A stretch of DNA of 64,000 nt from Amphiscolops sp. MND2022. Its lineage: Eukaryota. Positions 47,701 to 62,095 of this stretch are shown here, piece by piece. Position 1 is the first letter of the stretch, and every line of letters starts with the position of its first letter. Made by a program: the position numbers and the translations under genes. The stretch is from the NCBI GenBank assembly GCA_964187785.1, contig OZ076412.1, positions 19,716,001-19,780,000 on the forward strand. The letters are read 5' to 3'. The notes beneath the pieces are model-generated. The model made no database searches and was not told where the DNA came from. It saw only the letters and a program-made list of their open reading frames with translations.

Positions 47701-50700
47701 CAGTTTTCATAGTTTTGGTTTGCAAGAACCTTCTTCTTAGAGAAGAGACAAGCTTGACGGTGTTGTGTTTGTTATGATTGCATTTTGTGGGGTAGCGTAG
47801 ACATGTCCATCGCAGGTCGCCGCCTGGGACAACAAGGTACAAAATTTGATTGAAGAGTCCTGATGATATTTAGGGAGGCACTGATTAAATTGTTCTGTCA
47901 ATTGCAAAACTGTCGCCAACAACAGTAATTTTTCGCACAATTTTGCATGCAAGATTTTTTCAGCAGGTTGAAGCATTTTGATTATGAAAACGAGTAAAAA
48001 CAGTCGTTGTTGGGTGAAATGAGCCTTCAGATTGAGTCTCAGCTGCTTGTACTGAAGGTATAGTGTTTGTTATTATCTTAGAATTTTGTCCATCGTGATA
48101 AGATACGATCTTGGAATAATGTATTATCTTTGTTAGATCTTAGTAAGAATCTTGCCATGGGATCCATGGTTGTCAAGATGTAGTAAGAATTTGGCAAGAT
48201 CTTGCCAAGACAGCCAAGATGCTAGTAAGAGGGTTAACCCGAGCACACTGTTATTTCAAACTGGTACAAAGAACCATTAGTCCTCTCGGGTAATGAGAAT
48301 AGGCTGTTGTCCGGACAATGTACTACCGAAGGAGTCCCCCTGCTGGCTATAGCTATGACAATACATGTATGTTTTCAGAGTTTCCGAAGTTCTTGCAGAA
48401 ACTTTGCTCTGACGTCGATATCTTCAAGCAAATCGACTTTTTTTAAAGTCAAAACGTAAAATCCATTGGCCAAAGCATCCAAATAGCTTAAGGATCCGTA
48501 AAAATATCACAAGAGTCTGAATGAGCTGGAGTAATAATCGAGAATAATCAAAATTGATAAAAAGCAGTTTCGTCCCGCTATTCGTCTATTCGTCTCGTGC
48601 ACCGGGAGCACTTCATCTTCCGCTCAAAAACTGATTCATTGGCTAATCCCAAAAGTTAATTACACTATTAACTATGTCCGCATAAAGCTCAGCTTCGCTC
48701 TCCTCAGAAGCTTGATTAAATTACTGAGAGGATTTATGACTTTAAAAGACTCAACGCAATTGAAAACACTTTTAGTGCAGTCTTTGTCTGTGCATTCATT
48801 CATAGAGAAGTCATTCTGATTTTGTATGCGTTGTTAACGCTTTATACAATGTTGTAAATAATTTCCTTCCTCGTCTTTTCAATGATAAGGGGTCCCTTCA
48901 TTGATACTGCGCAGGAGTGGTGAAGCTAGACCAAACTCCTTCAGACCGAACGGTGTTTTAGTTTATTTTTGCAAGTTTTTCGTTCTTGGCTCTATGCTTT
49001 TTTGACGACGGGTACTGAAAATAGTTATATACCCGGTCCCCTGCTGTGAACTCTTTGGGCGAAGATCAAAGTCGAATATCGAACATACGTCTCTTGTGAA
49101 AACCCGATTAAAAGTTCACTTTGATCACAAACGCCCTTTCAAGTTCAACAACTCATGGATAGGAAACAAAATTTTGACTGCTGCAGACGAGCGGAAACAA
49201 TTTATCAAGAATAACATCAAAGAGTGTTTGCGGGTAAATCGCTAGCAAAATTTAAACATGCATTTAGCAGCTCAGTCAGGGGACCTTGGAGTCTTGAAAA
49301 CAACTGTTGAAAAACCAACATTTCTCTCTCTGTGGCATGACGTCACTTCATGTAATACTTTACATGTATACTAAAAATAGTAGCAGTGACAATTTAGTAC
49401 CTGTCATCAACGCTACTACTCAACATTGTGCTGACCTATTCATTAACCTTTGAATACTCTGATTGAACAGAATATATTCTTACAGCACTTCCTTCGTTTC
49501 CTTATCTTATTCATAAGATACAACACTCTATAGATATGGAGAAAGACCTCGCACCAGATATGGAGAAAGAATAGACTAAGATATTAGTTTTGAATATTGA
49601 CAAAAATCTGGTTTCCAAACAACACGCGGAAACAGCAACTGGTCAAGGCGAAAAGATTTGAATTATTTTAGACCGCTTTGAACAGAGAAGTGAGGTCTGT
49701 TCAAGATAGCTGTAACCTTCAAAAAACCCTCATACCAAATCTTATACTGTATTATGGCCCAGCACGATCTTCACCAAATTTCAACATACTTGGCAATTTC
49801 CAAGGAAGATCCAATCTCTCGTGACTTTCCGGATATGAATTTCAACATGAATACGCAAGCAACCGGAGTTTTCCTGGCAATATTTCTAGCGATGTTCTGT
49901 GCCAAACTATTTCAGGGAAGTTTCTGACAAAATTAACAACCTCAAATGACAAAGTGAAACGTTTTATACCTGAAATGAAACCATCCTACAGTTTTTGTCG
50001 GAATAAAAACATTGCTTTAATTTTTTCTCAACAAAAAAGACCCGTTGAACGTCATTTTGAGCTACCTCATCACAACCAGTAAGGAGTATTTAATCAGAAA
50101 AAGGAATGAGCGATCAAAGTTTCCAGAGTTTGAAACCGATCTCAAGACACTGGTAGCCAGAGTAGCTTGTACTATCTAAATGAAAAACTACCCAGAAAGA
50201 TTCAGGCACAGTTACGACTCAAAGTATGATCCAAAGTTGACAAACTTTCGAATTTTTGCTCAATTCGTTCAGTTTCAATCATGCAAAAAAATGACTTTTT
50301 GGTCTTTCAATGTGAATTTTCTCCAGTTTCCTGCTACGACCATGATCTTTATCCAATTTCTGATTTCGTTCAATTTTAAAAAGACTGTTGTAACAAGTTG
50401 CTGTTGAAACAAGATTTCTTATCAACAGCAATTGTATTATTTCATGTACTTTTGTCATTCTGCAGTCAACCCTTCAAGGTCAAGGAATTCATGGAACTGG
50501 AGATTTCAAAATCCTCAAAATTTCAGTGCAATCAGCTTGACAAAAAACAATTTTTTTCTTCTGAGCAACTCCACTAATTGGGGAAGCTTTTGCGTTTCCA
50601 GACTTTTTGAGAATCCATGGTTTTATCCATAGGCCAATTAAGGTACGCCCGTGGGCCACACATGGTCAAAGTTTGTAGTCAGAAAACAATTACCAGTTTT

Positions 50701-51880
50701 CCCTATCGCCCACTATCCCCCCTCCACCCATGTACACCTTGTCTCTTATCCTCCCCCATCAACACGAAAACAACTTTTATGCTTGAAAAACTTCTTGTGC
50801 GAATGAAGGAATTTGGTATGGCTATGAATGCTTAGAGGATTGTCTCTGGAGTTGTTTCGACACTGGCAGCCAAAAATATTGGGACTTTTTGATAATTTTT
50901 GACAAAAAAAAAACAAAATTCACCACTTGAACAAGCTAAAATTGTAAAAGAAACCCTACAAATTTTCTACACCTTTCAATAAAATTGGCAACATTTAATT
51001 GTGAATTTCATGTAAAAGATATGATTATGTTGACATCAATTATATTAGTTGACCGAAATTTCAGCGCAAACGATGTAGACATAATGCTATTATTGGTGTC
51101 GATGTAAAAGTTATTACTGAAAGAAGTTTGAATTTAAGAAGCCTGTTCTCTTGAACCAAGTTCTGGGAAAATCTTTCGTGGTTTAGATTGAATGAATATC
51201 TGGTGGCCAAAATTGGAATCGCAGTACTAAAACGAGCTAATCAAGAGTTATTGATGAATAACATTCATTGGCTTCTGAGAGCAGTTGTACAAATTAAAAT
51301 TGGATGGTCACATCCAATGAAAATCAATTTTAAAACTATTAAAAGTCGAGAATGAAGATACATATAGTCTTCATGATTGGCCATTGGTTAACTTTTCAGC
51401 GAGTTGGATCGATAAAAACCTAGCGCGCACTTTTGATAGACATTGTACTCGAGAAACACAACTCTGGAACAACAAAATTCAGTAAGTAGAGTTTCATTTT
51501 TTTGCATCTACTTGCAATGAAGTTTTTTTCTCTCTATTCCTCAATCACCTTGCAAATCATGAAATATTATCTATAGTACCACAAAAAAATCTGAAAACTT
51601 CAAGAATAGAATTTTTAGGCATTCCCAAAAAAGCTTTCTGTAGACTTCAAGTTTTTCCAAAAACATTGACATTCATTCATTCACTCATGGCGATTGCAAC
51701 GTCTTTTTGAACTTGAATGTTTTTACCAAGAGCTTCTTGTCATTGTTCAGCATGTTGAGGTAATTTAGATTTCACTTGGAAACCCGAAGTGGCCTGAGCA
51801 TATTTAAAATACATTGTGCAGTTTGGGTGCCGACTTGAGATGTTGTAGCGTTGTTGTTTTGTTACAGAACGTTCACTGAC

Positions 51881-52068
51881 ATGGGGATTTCCAAGCTGAC
51901 AGCAATTGTGTCTCTCTGCCTGATCTTCGAAGGCATCACTGTGGAGTGGGAAGGTAAGCTACTAGCTTTTGATCATTTTTGATGAAGCAAAATTAACCCG
52001 TGTTTGCAGATATGGTTCTTTCTTTCCTGCTAAATTCAGCTCAAGTCATTCGATTTTGTGGACTGTAA
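51881..52068 (+). CDS. Candidate two-exon 44-aa hydrophobic micropeptide
   Basis: ATG 51881 lies 14 nt after a TTTTGTTACAG acceptor; donor AAG/GTAAGC at 51954, 56-nt intron, acceptor TTTGCAG at 52009; peptide MGISKLTAIVSLCLIFEGITVEWEDMVLSFLLNSAQVIRFCGL. No homology evidence. Confidence 0.25.
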
Positions 52069-52992
52069 AAATAATTTGTGAAAATCTCAAGAATATGGTC
52101 AAACGAGTAGCCATGGGTGACAATGTGTTATAGATCTACAGCATTGCAGATGCAATACTGTACTTAAGAAAAGTGTTTTTGGAAATAATGACAATTTTAA
52201 TGCGCTTTTTACTTTATCTGCGGGTGGTTTCGAATAGTGTTTTGCAAGTGCTTGATGAACAAGAAACTTGAGACACTAGTTTCCATGCAAAAGTGATGAA
52301 AGTACGTGGAAGTGTAGAATGATTCTACTTTTTTGCCCAAAGAGTAAAACACGTTTCATAGTCATAGCACTTTCCACCATGGTTCATCAAGCGTTTGAAA
52401 AACACAGTATTTCTCAGGAACTGCTCTCATAATGTGACATTTGTCACCTAATACAGTACCTACACAAAAGTTGTACGTGCCTCAACTGTGTTAGAAACAT
52501 AGAACATGGTAGGTAGCTACGTAAAATTCATTCCACTGTAGTTTACAGTTGAAAGCAGAATTGATTCTTTACTTTTATCGTTGTAACAATATTTCAAGAT
52601 ACAGCTCATAACATGCTTGTTGAAACACTGTGAAAGTCGTTCTATCAATATTGCCGAGGTAAAAAAGATACAATGAGAGATTTCTGAGAACAAGGGTAGT
52701 GTTTTTTGGGAATTGAGTGACTTCTCTGGTTGGCAACCAATCGCCGCAGTTCACCAGTGGTCACCGATGACCCAAACAAGTCCCACCGGTGGACCACTGA
52801 GGTGGTATCTACAGCTTCTGTGGTGGTAAGCAATGGTACCAAACATTGCAAAAATTGTGAACCTGTAATTTTTTTGCAAACAGTTCAGCATAAACCCTCC
52901 GCTATGCGCAGTTATTATTTTTACCGTCGTCTAAACGCCGTTTAAACGCTGTTTAAACGATTTCGAGTGTTCAAAGGATTTTCAAGTCATCA

Positions 52993-53060
52993 TGGGGGAG
53001 TTGTCAGTCACTTCGAATATCTTATAACCGCCGTCGCGAATTCGAATCCCGACTGGCCCA
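52993..53060 (+). other. Possible decayed tRNA-derived SINE head
   Basis: GTCGCGAATTCGAATCCCGACTGGCCC resembles a T-arm/B-box; no convincing A-box or cloverleaf. Confidence 0.2.
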
Positions 53061-53994
53061 AATATTTGCCAAACTCAATATGAATTCTTCGAGTTTGTGA
53101 GTCGTTTTCAAGTTTAACAAACATATAACCCCCTTAACCTCTTTCAGACTGAAATTGGAAACACGAGGACCTCAAGAGGGTCTGGTGAGCTTGTGATATA
53201 ACTGACTCGCGTCAAAGCCATTTCTTCATTTTCAGCTGCGTTTCGATGGAAAACGGCAAACTTGAAGAACTGGCCCGTTGTCCATGGATTCATTGAGAAA
53301 CTGATTGATTTTGCAATAAACTGACCAAATTAGATCAGAAAATCAATTTCAATAGTTGAAAAATTTTAGCCTCCGTTTTTTCGCGAGCGTTTAGTTAGTG
53401 TTTATATTTTTCATCAGCTTGTTCAGCGTTTAAAAATCATTTGAACGATCAACACTGGCTATGAGTTCTTATATTTTGTTTGTTTTACCTTACCTAAATT
53501 TGTTCTACAACCTTGCTTACACAGCGGCTTACCGCAGAAAAAAGTTTTATCAAAGTATGGATAACCAACCGATTCAATCAATAAAATAGTGAAAACTAGG
53601 AAAACTAGTCTCTGGTGCTTTAAAAAACAAACGGCTAAAGCATAACAAACAGCACACCTGATGTCCTTATCGAGAATCAAAATACCCTATAGTTGGGTGG
53701 ATGAAACTATGGTTCTATGGTTGCTGTACCCTTTCAATCCGGTTTCATTCAAAGAGTTATTACTTTCCGCCCATATTTCATATATGGGAAAGAAAAATAT
53801 TCAAATCAAAAAGTTTTTTTTTAATTTTTACAAAATTTGCCTTGCACCAAATTCATTTTTAACTTTAAGGGTGTTACCCATAGAATTCAACTCACATAAA
53901 TTTAGCTTCGTGCGATTTGTATTTGTGGAGATTTTTGGAGTTTTTTTAGGAATGACGAAAATGACCCTTTAATGACACAAAATGACCCTTTCGA

Positions 53995-54960
53995 AAATGA
54001 CAAAAATTCCAAAATTTCTCAATTTATACCGCTTTTATACAATTTTTTTAACAATTTTTGAAAGACTTCGTGAATTAGAATGTTGAAACGTTCAACAAGG
54101 CACGAATTCATTGTCCAATAGTCTCTTTATGAAGAGATAAATGGTTTTGTGAAAAAAAACTAAACCAATAAATGACAAAAATTCCAAAATTTCCCGTTTT
54201 TTAACGATTTTATGCAATTTTCGTCAAATTTTCGATAGACTTCGTTGATTAAAATGTTGAAAACGGTCAACATGGCACACATTTGCTGTCCAGTATTTTT
54301 TCCTGAAAAGATAATTGCTTTTTCAAAAATGAAAAAGGTCTCAAATTGACACCGAAAATGACAAAAAACCCAAAACTTTCTGTTTTTCAAACTTTTTATT
54401 TTTATTTTTCAAATTTTCGACAGACTTCATGAATTAAAAAGTTGAGAAGCGTAAGCAAGTAAAAAGCATTAGTCCAATAGGTTTTTTTGAAGAATTCCTT
54501 GCAGTTTTCGAAATGAAAAATATCTCAAATTGGCACCAAAATTGACAAAATCCCAGAATTTTCCAATTTTCAAAGCTTTTATGCAACTTCTGTCACGATT
54601 TCGACAGACTTCGTGATTTGTAATGTTGAAAACGTTCCTCAAGGTAGCAATTCGTTGTCGAATAGTCTTTAAGGATGAGATAATTTCAGTTTTTTGATTG
54701 AAAAACGTCTCAAATTGACACCGAAATTGACAAAAATCACATTATTTTTAAATTTTTAATGTTTTATGCATTTTTTACCAAATTTTTGACAAACTCCGGA
54801 AATTGGAAAGTTGGATAGGGTCAACAAGGAATGAATTTGATGTCTAATATGCTTAGTGGAACGATAAATGCAATTTTTCAAAGGAAAAATGTCTGGAATT
54901 GACATCGAAAAAGGAAAAAATTCAAAATTCAAAAAGTTTTCGTCGTTTTTGATGCATTTT
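53995..54960 (+). repeat. Diverged ~185-bp tandem repeat, ~5 copies
   Basis: Recurring AAATGACAAAAA(T/C)TCC ... GACTTC(G/A)T ... AATGTTGAAA ... TCCAATAG at ~53995, 54172, 54357, 54540, 54725. Confidence 0.85.
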
Positions 54961-56449
54961 CTGTACAATTCCCGCGAGAGTGTTCGTTATTAGCTCCACA
55001 ACACTCAACAACGAAAGAACGAGCTATGCATTGCATTTTTTGAAGAGAACGTTGCAGCGTTTTGCTTCAAAAACACAAACATTTTTTGCTTTCAAATCAT
55101 CGTTTTTAAGCAACCTATGTCTACTTTTTAAATCGTTTTGGATTCAAAACGATGGCACAAGTTCAACAAAAATTGAATGCATAATTCAGTCGGTCTTTTA
55201 AGAAATATTTCCAGACTTCGGTTGAAAAATGTCTCAAAACTAACCGCAAAAGTCGAAAATATCAGAATTTTGCTGATGTCTGACATTTTCAGTGAATTTT
55301 GCGTGTGAAAAATTAGCTATCAAAGCATGAACGCAATAGACTTGAAAAACCCTCTTATCGTCTTGACCTTATACTCACTACTGTTTTTTACGCTAGAACT
55401 CGAGAAGAAAAAAATCTTTTGCGTAATTTCACGATATCGTTTCCTTCGATTCGTATTTTTTGTATCTTGAAAGAAGTGAAAGTTGATTCTTAATTTTGTC
55501 ACGGATTTACGCAACGTCTTCATTGGATGTATTGATGCTTATTTTTGTCCGTTTGCAAATCATGACTGGTTTGATCGATGATGATACCGTCCGGTCCCTG
55601 CTGTCACAGCAAATTATAGTTGTGGAGAGTCAAATCGAGTCGTTGGTGAGAAGAGAAGAGAAAGTGTTGTGGGTGGGAGAAGGGAAAAGAAGACAAACCT
55701 GAATTTAGAGGGGAGCGATGAAGAGTCATAATATCAAATACTGGCGAACCAAACTGTGAAGCAGGCGTGAATCACCCAAGTAGCCCCCCAAGTCGACCTT
55801 TCGTGTGATGCTGAGGATGATGAAGAAGATTACCAGTCTATTCATTCTTATGGGAGTGATGCTAAGCATGACATCAACTATATACACGATATACAGATAC
55901 GTCGAAATTATATGCGGACTACGAGAAGAAAAAACGTCGACAACTGAGCGCCACTTCTTGGAGAAAGATATGCCCGAACAGCCAATCCCGCGACCCCTTG
56001 TCAGCCAACGTTACGAAAAGATTCTTATTGGGGTCAGGCGTGATATCTGTCGCAAAGGCGTGTCATTCTTGAGACCTGGCGAGCCTGAGATTTGGAGTCA
56101 CTGAGATTTGGAGATTTGGAGCAAGACGCATTGTGTCCTTTACACCACTTGGATCCTGTTGAGGTGTCAACTGTTTCAGCTGAGTTGCGTGCTGGAATTG
56201 AAGGGACACCAGTAGTTGTTTTTGGGAAAAGGCATCCGTTTTTGAGAACGAAGTTGATGTACTAGTGGGCATTGTTTCTAATGTCCCTTCTTTAACCCTG
56301 GTTTGCGGGTAATGCTCTTTGCATTACTTCGAAGTGGGTAATCCCATGGTTTTCTAAGTTGCCTATGAAACCAGGGTCTGACTACCATCCAAGTGGACTC
56401 GAACTGAGCTCACAGGGTTGTTATTGTTAGTGTAGGCATCAAAATCCCC

Positions 56450-58000
56450 GAAATTGACCAGTGGTGATGATGCCATTGTAGGGCATCAGCGCTAGTTCGG
56501 CTTCAAGGTCGTCTTTCCGCTTGACATGACAAGCCTGTTGGAGTTGAGCTTCTTTTTGAAATCGTTTTTTATTCCAATGTCCAATCGATGTCTGGCGAGT
56601 TTATCACTGAACTCAACGAGGATATCGTCGATATCCGTCCCGTCTTGGCTCTTAATGTAACGATAAGCGCTGGCGCTTGAACCGCAACTTAGAGTGGAGG
56701 AACTAGAACAGCGAATATAATCTGGGACTTAGATCTCCGCGTCCCTAGCTCATTTTCCCTCCGAAGGAGCCAGTCCCAAGGTGGGGGAACCGTCTGGTAG
56801 GATACTCTCTGGCCTGGTCCTAGTCTGTAACTGCTAAAAGTAACAGGCATCTTGCAAGACTCAAGACCACTGCTCAACTAGCCTTTAAAAATTGGGCTGA
56901 AAATCGGTGAAGGTTGAACCGTAGTATTGGAGAATCTGATAAAATCGCCAAATTGGATAAACAGATGTTAAATAACAGCTCTCGAGCACATTAATTTATC
57001 ACATTGAAAAATACCACAAGAAATCAAGAGTTCAGAGCCATTTGATGGAAATTGACCTCAGCTTCCCAGCGCTAGCGCTAGTTGCCACACAGGATACCGC
57101 AGGAACACTCAGGCGAACATCTGGAACACTGGTTTTCTCTACTGTAGTAACTGTAATCTCCTAGAGATTGACACTATACCGTGTTCTGTATACGCTGGGG
57201 ACGTCTCTTTTTAGTCGTCTCCGGTGCTTGTTCGTCGCGAGCGGCGATTTCTGATTTTCTGGGGTGCTTTTTCTGGCAGGTACTCCGTCTTGAGCATGTT
57301 TGAGTGCCACGTCAAATTTGAACAAATTTTTGACAAAATTTCTAAACATGTCGGTTGATATTGCCGTACCAGAGCTTGCCGTTACATAAGCTGTGAGTTT
57401 TTCTGTTTGAAGTGCGCTAGAAACTTAACTCTCTAGGTTAGAAACTTCGCAACTCTGATGTGGGTTCAGTTTTTATAAGGTTTCAAGCTCCTCAGTTTCA
57501 CTCCAATTTCACTGGTTCGTGGGGTTTGAGTTGTTTGGCCTCCAGGTTTGCCTGGTGTAGGAAACCAGAAGTTTTGCGTGGTGTCGAGATTTTCAGCTCA
57601 CTTAAAATGTTTGTTGACGTTGGACATTGCCTGATCGGAGTCGTCATTTTGATCTCGATCTTGGAGTTTTTTACTGTCAAAATTGAGCCTCCAATAACTA
57701 TCTGGCTGTCGAGTCTCGTTCTGGGGTTTGCTGGTTTCGCGGGGATTGAGGTTAACTCCCCCCTAGCGTTGTTTAAATGAGTGCAAACTGTTGTTCAGCG
57801 TTGTCTGAGCAACTGGGATTGGTTTTGTATGGATGCTTGTGACTTGCGCGTGTTGAGGTGGACGATGTCATTGCTGCCCGGATCTCGTTTCTGGTTCCCG
57901 GTAGTTTCACGAGCGACCCGGCTTATATTATTTGGGGAGTGTTGGTGGTGTTGAGAATCGGGCTGTTCCCATCTGCTAGGGGATACTACTTCCACAGTTT
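56450..58000 (-). mobile_element. Degenerate Ty3/gypsy remnant related to the 40570-47700 element
   Basis: 56634-56460 translates DIDDILVEFSDKLARHRLDIG...KDDLEAELALMPYNGIITT, matching IENLLVEFHDIFARHRLDIG...KDDILVELALLHKYGI at 43679..43888. Upstream extent is inferred only. Confidence 0.6.
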
Positions 58001-60526
58001 CTGGATCGTGCTCATCGGCGCTTCATGTTGACGAATGACGAATGTCGTCGTTTTACTACCTTTCTATTATTGAGATGTTGAAATTTGTTATTTGTGCGAT
58101 TCTGTGGGAAAAAAACGTTGCTTGTTTGCTTCTTACCTAAATTCATTTGGCCGTATATCTGGTGATTGTGTTACGGGTTACAGTCGCAGATATATCTAAG
58201 TTTCAATGAAGTTAATGGTTAGGGGACCTCTAGTTGAGTTGTGAAAGGCGGTGTTTCATTTGTACCTGTCGGGGCAGTCCATTTTGAGAATCAACTGTCT
58301 GCCTGGATCCCAATTCCGCATCTCTTTCTCTTCAATTCCTGCTTTTCTGTTATGAATTTGAAATTGAAGTACAATGACCCAGCTAACTGACGCGAGAAAA
58401 ATTATTTTCATTCGAAACAGTGGAGGCAACTTCCAGTATTTGCTTCAATCATACTAAAAATGAATGAACACAAACATGGCAATTAATACTAAAAGGTGAA
58501 GTTTATTGTGGAAAAATAGAGAAACTGCATCAAAAACGTACCAAAGCTATCGGTTACTTCATGTAACTGAAAGCTGTAACCAGGTTTTTAGCAAGTATTA
58601 AGGCTGGGGTCGCTACTCAGGCAACAAACTTGGGTGAATTGCCTGGGCTTATGACTCAAATTATCATTACTCTAAACTTCATGTTCAATCGTGAAACATT
58701 AATGAGTTGAAACTTTCCATCAATTCAGCATAGTCTATCAGTTTTTCAGGTGGTTTGATGTTACGCTGAAAAAGAAGCAACTTTTTCATTATAGCTCCTT
58801 GTGCCAAATCATCCAATTTGGCACCATAAAGATTCGTAAAAATATGAAGAACCATTTTGGTCAGTTTGTGTCCGTTGAAAAGACAGCGCCGATTCATAAA
58901 GCGCCGACTAAAAAGCAGGATCTATCACCATCAAGGTTAAAGAAGAGCAAAGTGCTTTGAATATGCGTAGGGACTCTGCGCCAAAAACATAGGAAGCATC
59001 CAAAAATTCAAAGTTTGAAAAAAATGTTGCATTTTTTCCTTTGGGAAAGAGTCTCATAGTGCCAGAAAAACCCCAAAGGGGGATCCTTTCGTCTTTCCTC
59101 TACTTTTGCAGGCATAAAGAGTTTTCGTTCAGTGCGAGACTCAAGACCATCTACTTCGCCTGCTTCTCATATCCCGTCTTGAGGTAACTTCTAGGTTGTA
59201 GTGAGAGTATGGAAACTTATAGAAAGCTAAAAATCTGTCAGCTCGTCTGTTCTAAAAAAGGCATTGCTATAGTTAGTTCTTTTCTTCAAAGATGTTTCAG
59301 AACTTTCCAGTTAAAAAAGGGCTTAAAACGTACTTCCCTCTAGGTTTTGCACCCTTGTACGACTCTGGACTATTTCCTACCAGATAGTCCTCAGGGGGCG
59401 GCGTTTTGGCGCCACTCAACTACATACGACACTAAAAACTCAATCTCGAACTTGATGGATAAAAACGAGAACTCGAAACTCTTGAAATTTCTTTTGATTT
59501 TTTGGGAAACTTCAATGATGACAAAGTCGGAAATCACCCAAAATGGTGTTTTTTGAAACTGCTAGACATCGAGACGTGAAACTTGGCACAAGTATTAAAT
59601 TTTCCAAAACGAACACCCCATCTAGAATGCAAGGTCACTCTTCTATTATAACCCTTTTTACCTCTCACTTGTTTTCCGTTCATGGTCATGCTCGAAATGC
59701 AGATAAAGTGAATTGATGATATTTACAATGATGAAACATACTATTAGATCACCTGACAAATCTACAAGATTCATGCTTTCAGTTTAAATACATGTTCAAT
59801 AACTTTCATATTACACTTAAATGTCATTTGTTTATACTTCATTTTTAGACTCATATTTATCGAACAAGTCTAATTCAATTGTTTACCAAAACTATGATGA
59901 ACAAAATGACTAGAAAGCTGAATTCAAGTTCGGTCGAACATCGATTCTCAATTCATTTCTTTACTACTTTTTGGCGATTCGTGACAACATAAGGCGAGTG
60001 TATTAGTTACTCTCAACTTGTGGAGAATTGGACGTGTTGAGAGACAAGGAAGAAGGGCCATCCAGAATCATTGGATCCTACTAAGTCAAGATACAGTCCT
60101 TTCAAACGAGAGAACATTCAGTGTTCCAGAACGGTACGCAGTACAAAGCGCCGGGTTCAGGGCTGCTGAGAAAAGTTTCGTTGAGTGAAGAGGTCGAGCA
60201 GTCTTTGCATGCGGGAGTTCGCATCTTACATGTGTATCCTTATCAATTAAAATGAACAAAAGTAATACTATTTTCGAAAACAAAACGTTTGTTTCAATCA
60301 AAATTTCACTATGTCCATGTTTTATTCGTTTTACCCCGAACAACATCAGAGGTTCTCGGATCCAATGCTATGTGCAATTTAATGCAATCCCATGCATGGG
60401 ATCATATGGTTCCTTACAATAATTTCAAGCCGTTTCCACGCATGGAATTGTATGAAATCATATTATTCCACGCATTGAATTACATGGAACCCTAACAAAA
60501 TTTGGGTTCTTCCGAGTATAATTGTT

Positions 60527-60565
60527 ACAAGACGCCCGCTTTGGACCGGGATATTTTCCGCCTTC
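60527..60565 (+). repeat. Isolated 5' end of HINE-like family A
   Basis: ACAAGACGCCCGCTTTGGACCGGGATATTTTCCGCCTTC, matching 3566 and 27290. Confidence 0.6.
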
Positions 60566-61762
60566 AATTGCCTAACAATAGACACGTAATCGAAAGTTTA
60601 CTTCGTTTTTGATAAAACGCAATTAACTTCGGATATAACGTGACAAATTCCGATATAGCGTGCTGGGACAAATAAGAGCGCATATTTCGAACCCCAACCA
60701 GCAAAACCACCACCACCACTGTTCGCATCTACACTACAGAGTTGAAAAATTGTATCAATTCAATTTGAAAATAAATTGTGTGTTTTTTTTGCAGTGTATG
60801 ATGATTCAATAATGATGCTTATCTGAATTAATTAGGTCATTTCCTATTTACATGTCAGGATCGACGATTAGTTCAAATTGAACTGCTTTCAATTTTTGCT
60901 GTGTTTTTCCAAATTGAACTACATCAGTACTGTATTTCGACAAAGGGTACTACAACCATAAAAGTCGGATCTCAACTTTTCCGAAACAGGCATTGCTGAG
61001 GGGGAGGCAGTGGAAACAATTCATTTTGAAAGGCCGTTTTAAAACCCGAAAAGCATCAACTAATTTCCAGATATTTTGCTGCACTTTCATTTAAAATTTT
61101 TCATTTACTGAAGTGACCAATTGTTTTTCCTAAATTCCTCTTGTGAGAGTTAGCAAAATTATCGCAATGATACCACGACTCTTGTTATGCTCTAATTGTA
61201 GAAAAACATTGCTTTGACGAAAAAAACTATTACCATCTTAAATTTTGAGTCAATGACAAAATTTGCTAACTCAAGAAACTTGTTGGTAGGAATTTCGAAG
61301 CAAATTGTTTTAAAATAATGTCAATAATTCTTATAAGACTCATTTCGGTGAAAGTAAGATAACCGAAGAAGAAACTGAGGTAGAACCGGAAGTCATGGCA
61401 TTTCACGATAACGTTACCTTACAATAGATCAAATGTTTTTATTGTAGGTTGTGAGCTGGGATCATCTTGGAATGAAACTCATCTTCAACTATTGAACTGT
61501 GATGCAGCAAATCAACCGTCGTATACTTTGACACCCGGTGCATTTTCTAATACGCTGTCTTGGATCCCAACTCACATTCAATGTTAGTCTTCAATTGTCT
61601 TCAATCTGCTTTTGATTAACTTCATCTTGGCTTTTTGCACATATAAAAACTATAAACGTTTTCATCAAAGGGAAACATGTCATATCCGAACACGATAGAG
61701 AACTGAACATTTTTTGTAATTCATATCTAGTAGCAGGTCGGTATTAAAGGGAGCGGCATACG

Positions 61763-61960
61763 TCGGCGCCATATCTAAGGCTCAAAAATAGCAAAAGAAC
61801 TTCAAAGCGTTAAGTATTCTCTTCCATAGTACCCGAAAAACCCAAAGAAGGACCGGACTGGCGCGCCGGGGACCGTTTGAGCTTTTTCAACACCCAATTT
61901 GTTGCAAAATATCAAAAATTGAAGGGGGTCAAAAAATATGAAAAATTGAAAAAAAAAGTT
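61763..61960 (+). repeat. Partial copy of family C repeat
   Basis: GTCGGCGCCATATCTAAGGCTCAAAA and TTGTTGCAAAATATC...AATTGAAGGGGG shared with 3764-4010. Confidence 0.55.
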
Positions 61961-62027
61961 TCAGTTTTGAAAAATATCAGAAAGGGCATGTTTTAAAAAA
62001 AAGAAAAAAAATGAAAGGGGACTATTA

Positions 62028-62095
62028 AGTACCTTCCAACATTCATCCAAAGTAGTGCAAATTTGCACTACTTTTGATGCATGTTAGAAGGTACT
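62028..62095. repeat. 68-bp spacerless near-perfect palindrome
   Basis: Two 34-nt arms with 3 mismatches, centre GCAAA/TTTGC at 62061/62062. Confidence 0.9.

Noticed and set aside
52993-53060. Functional tRNA gene
   Set aside because: Only a B-box-like T-arm; no acceptor stem, D-arm or anticodon arm could be folded.
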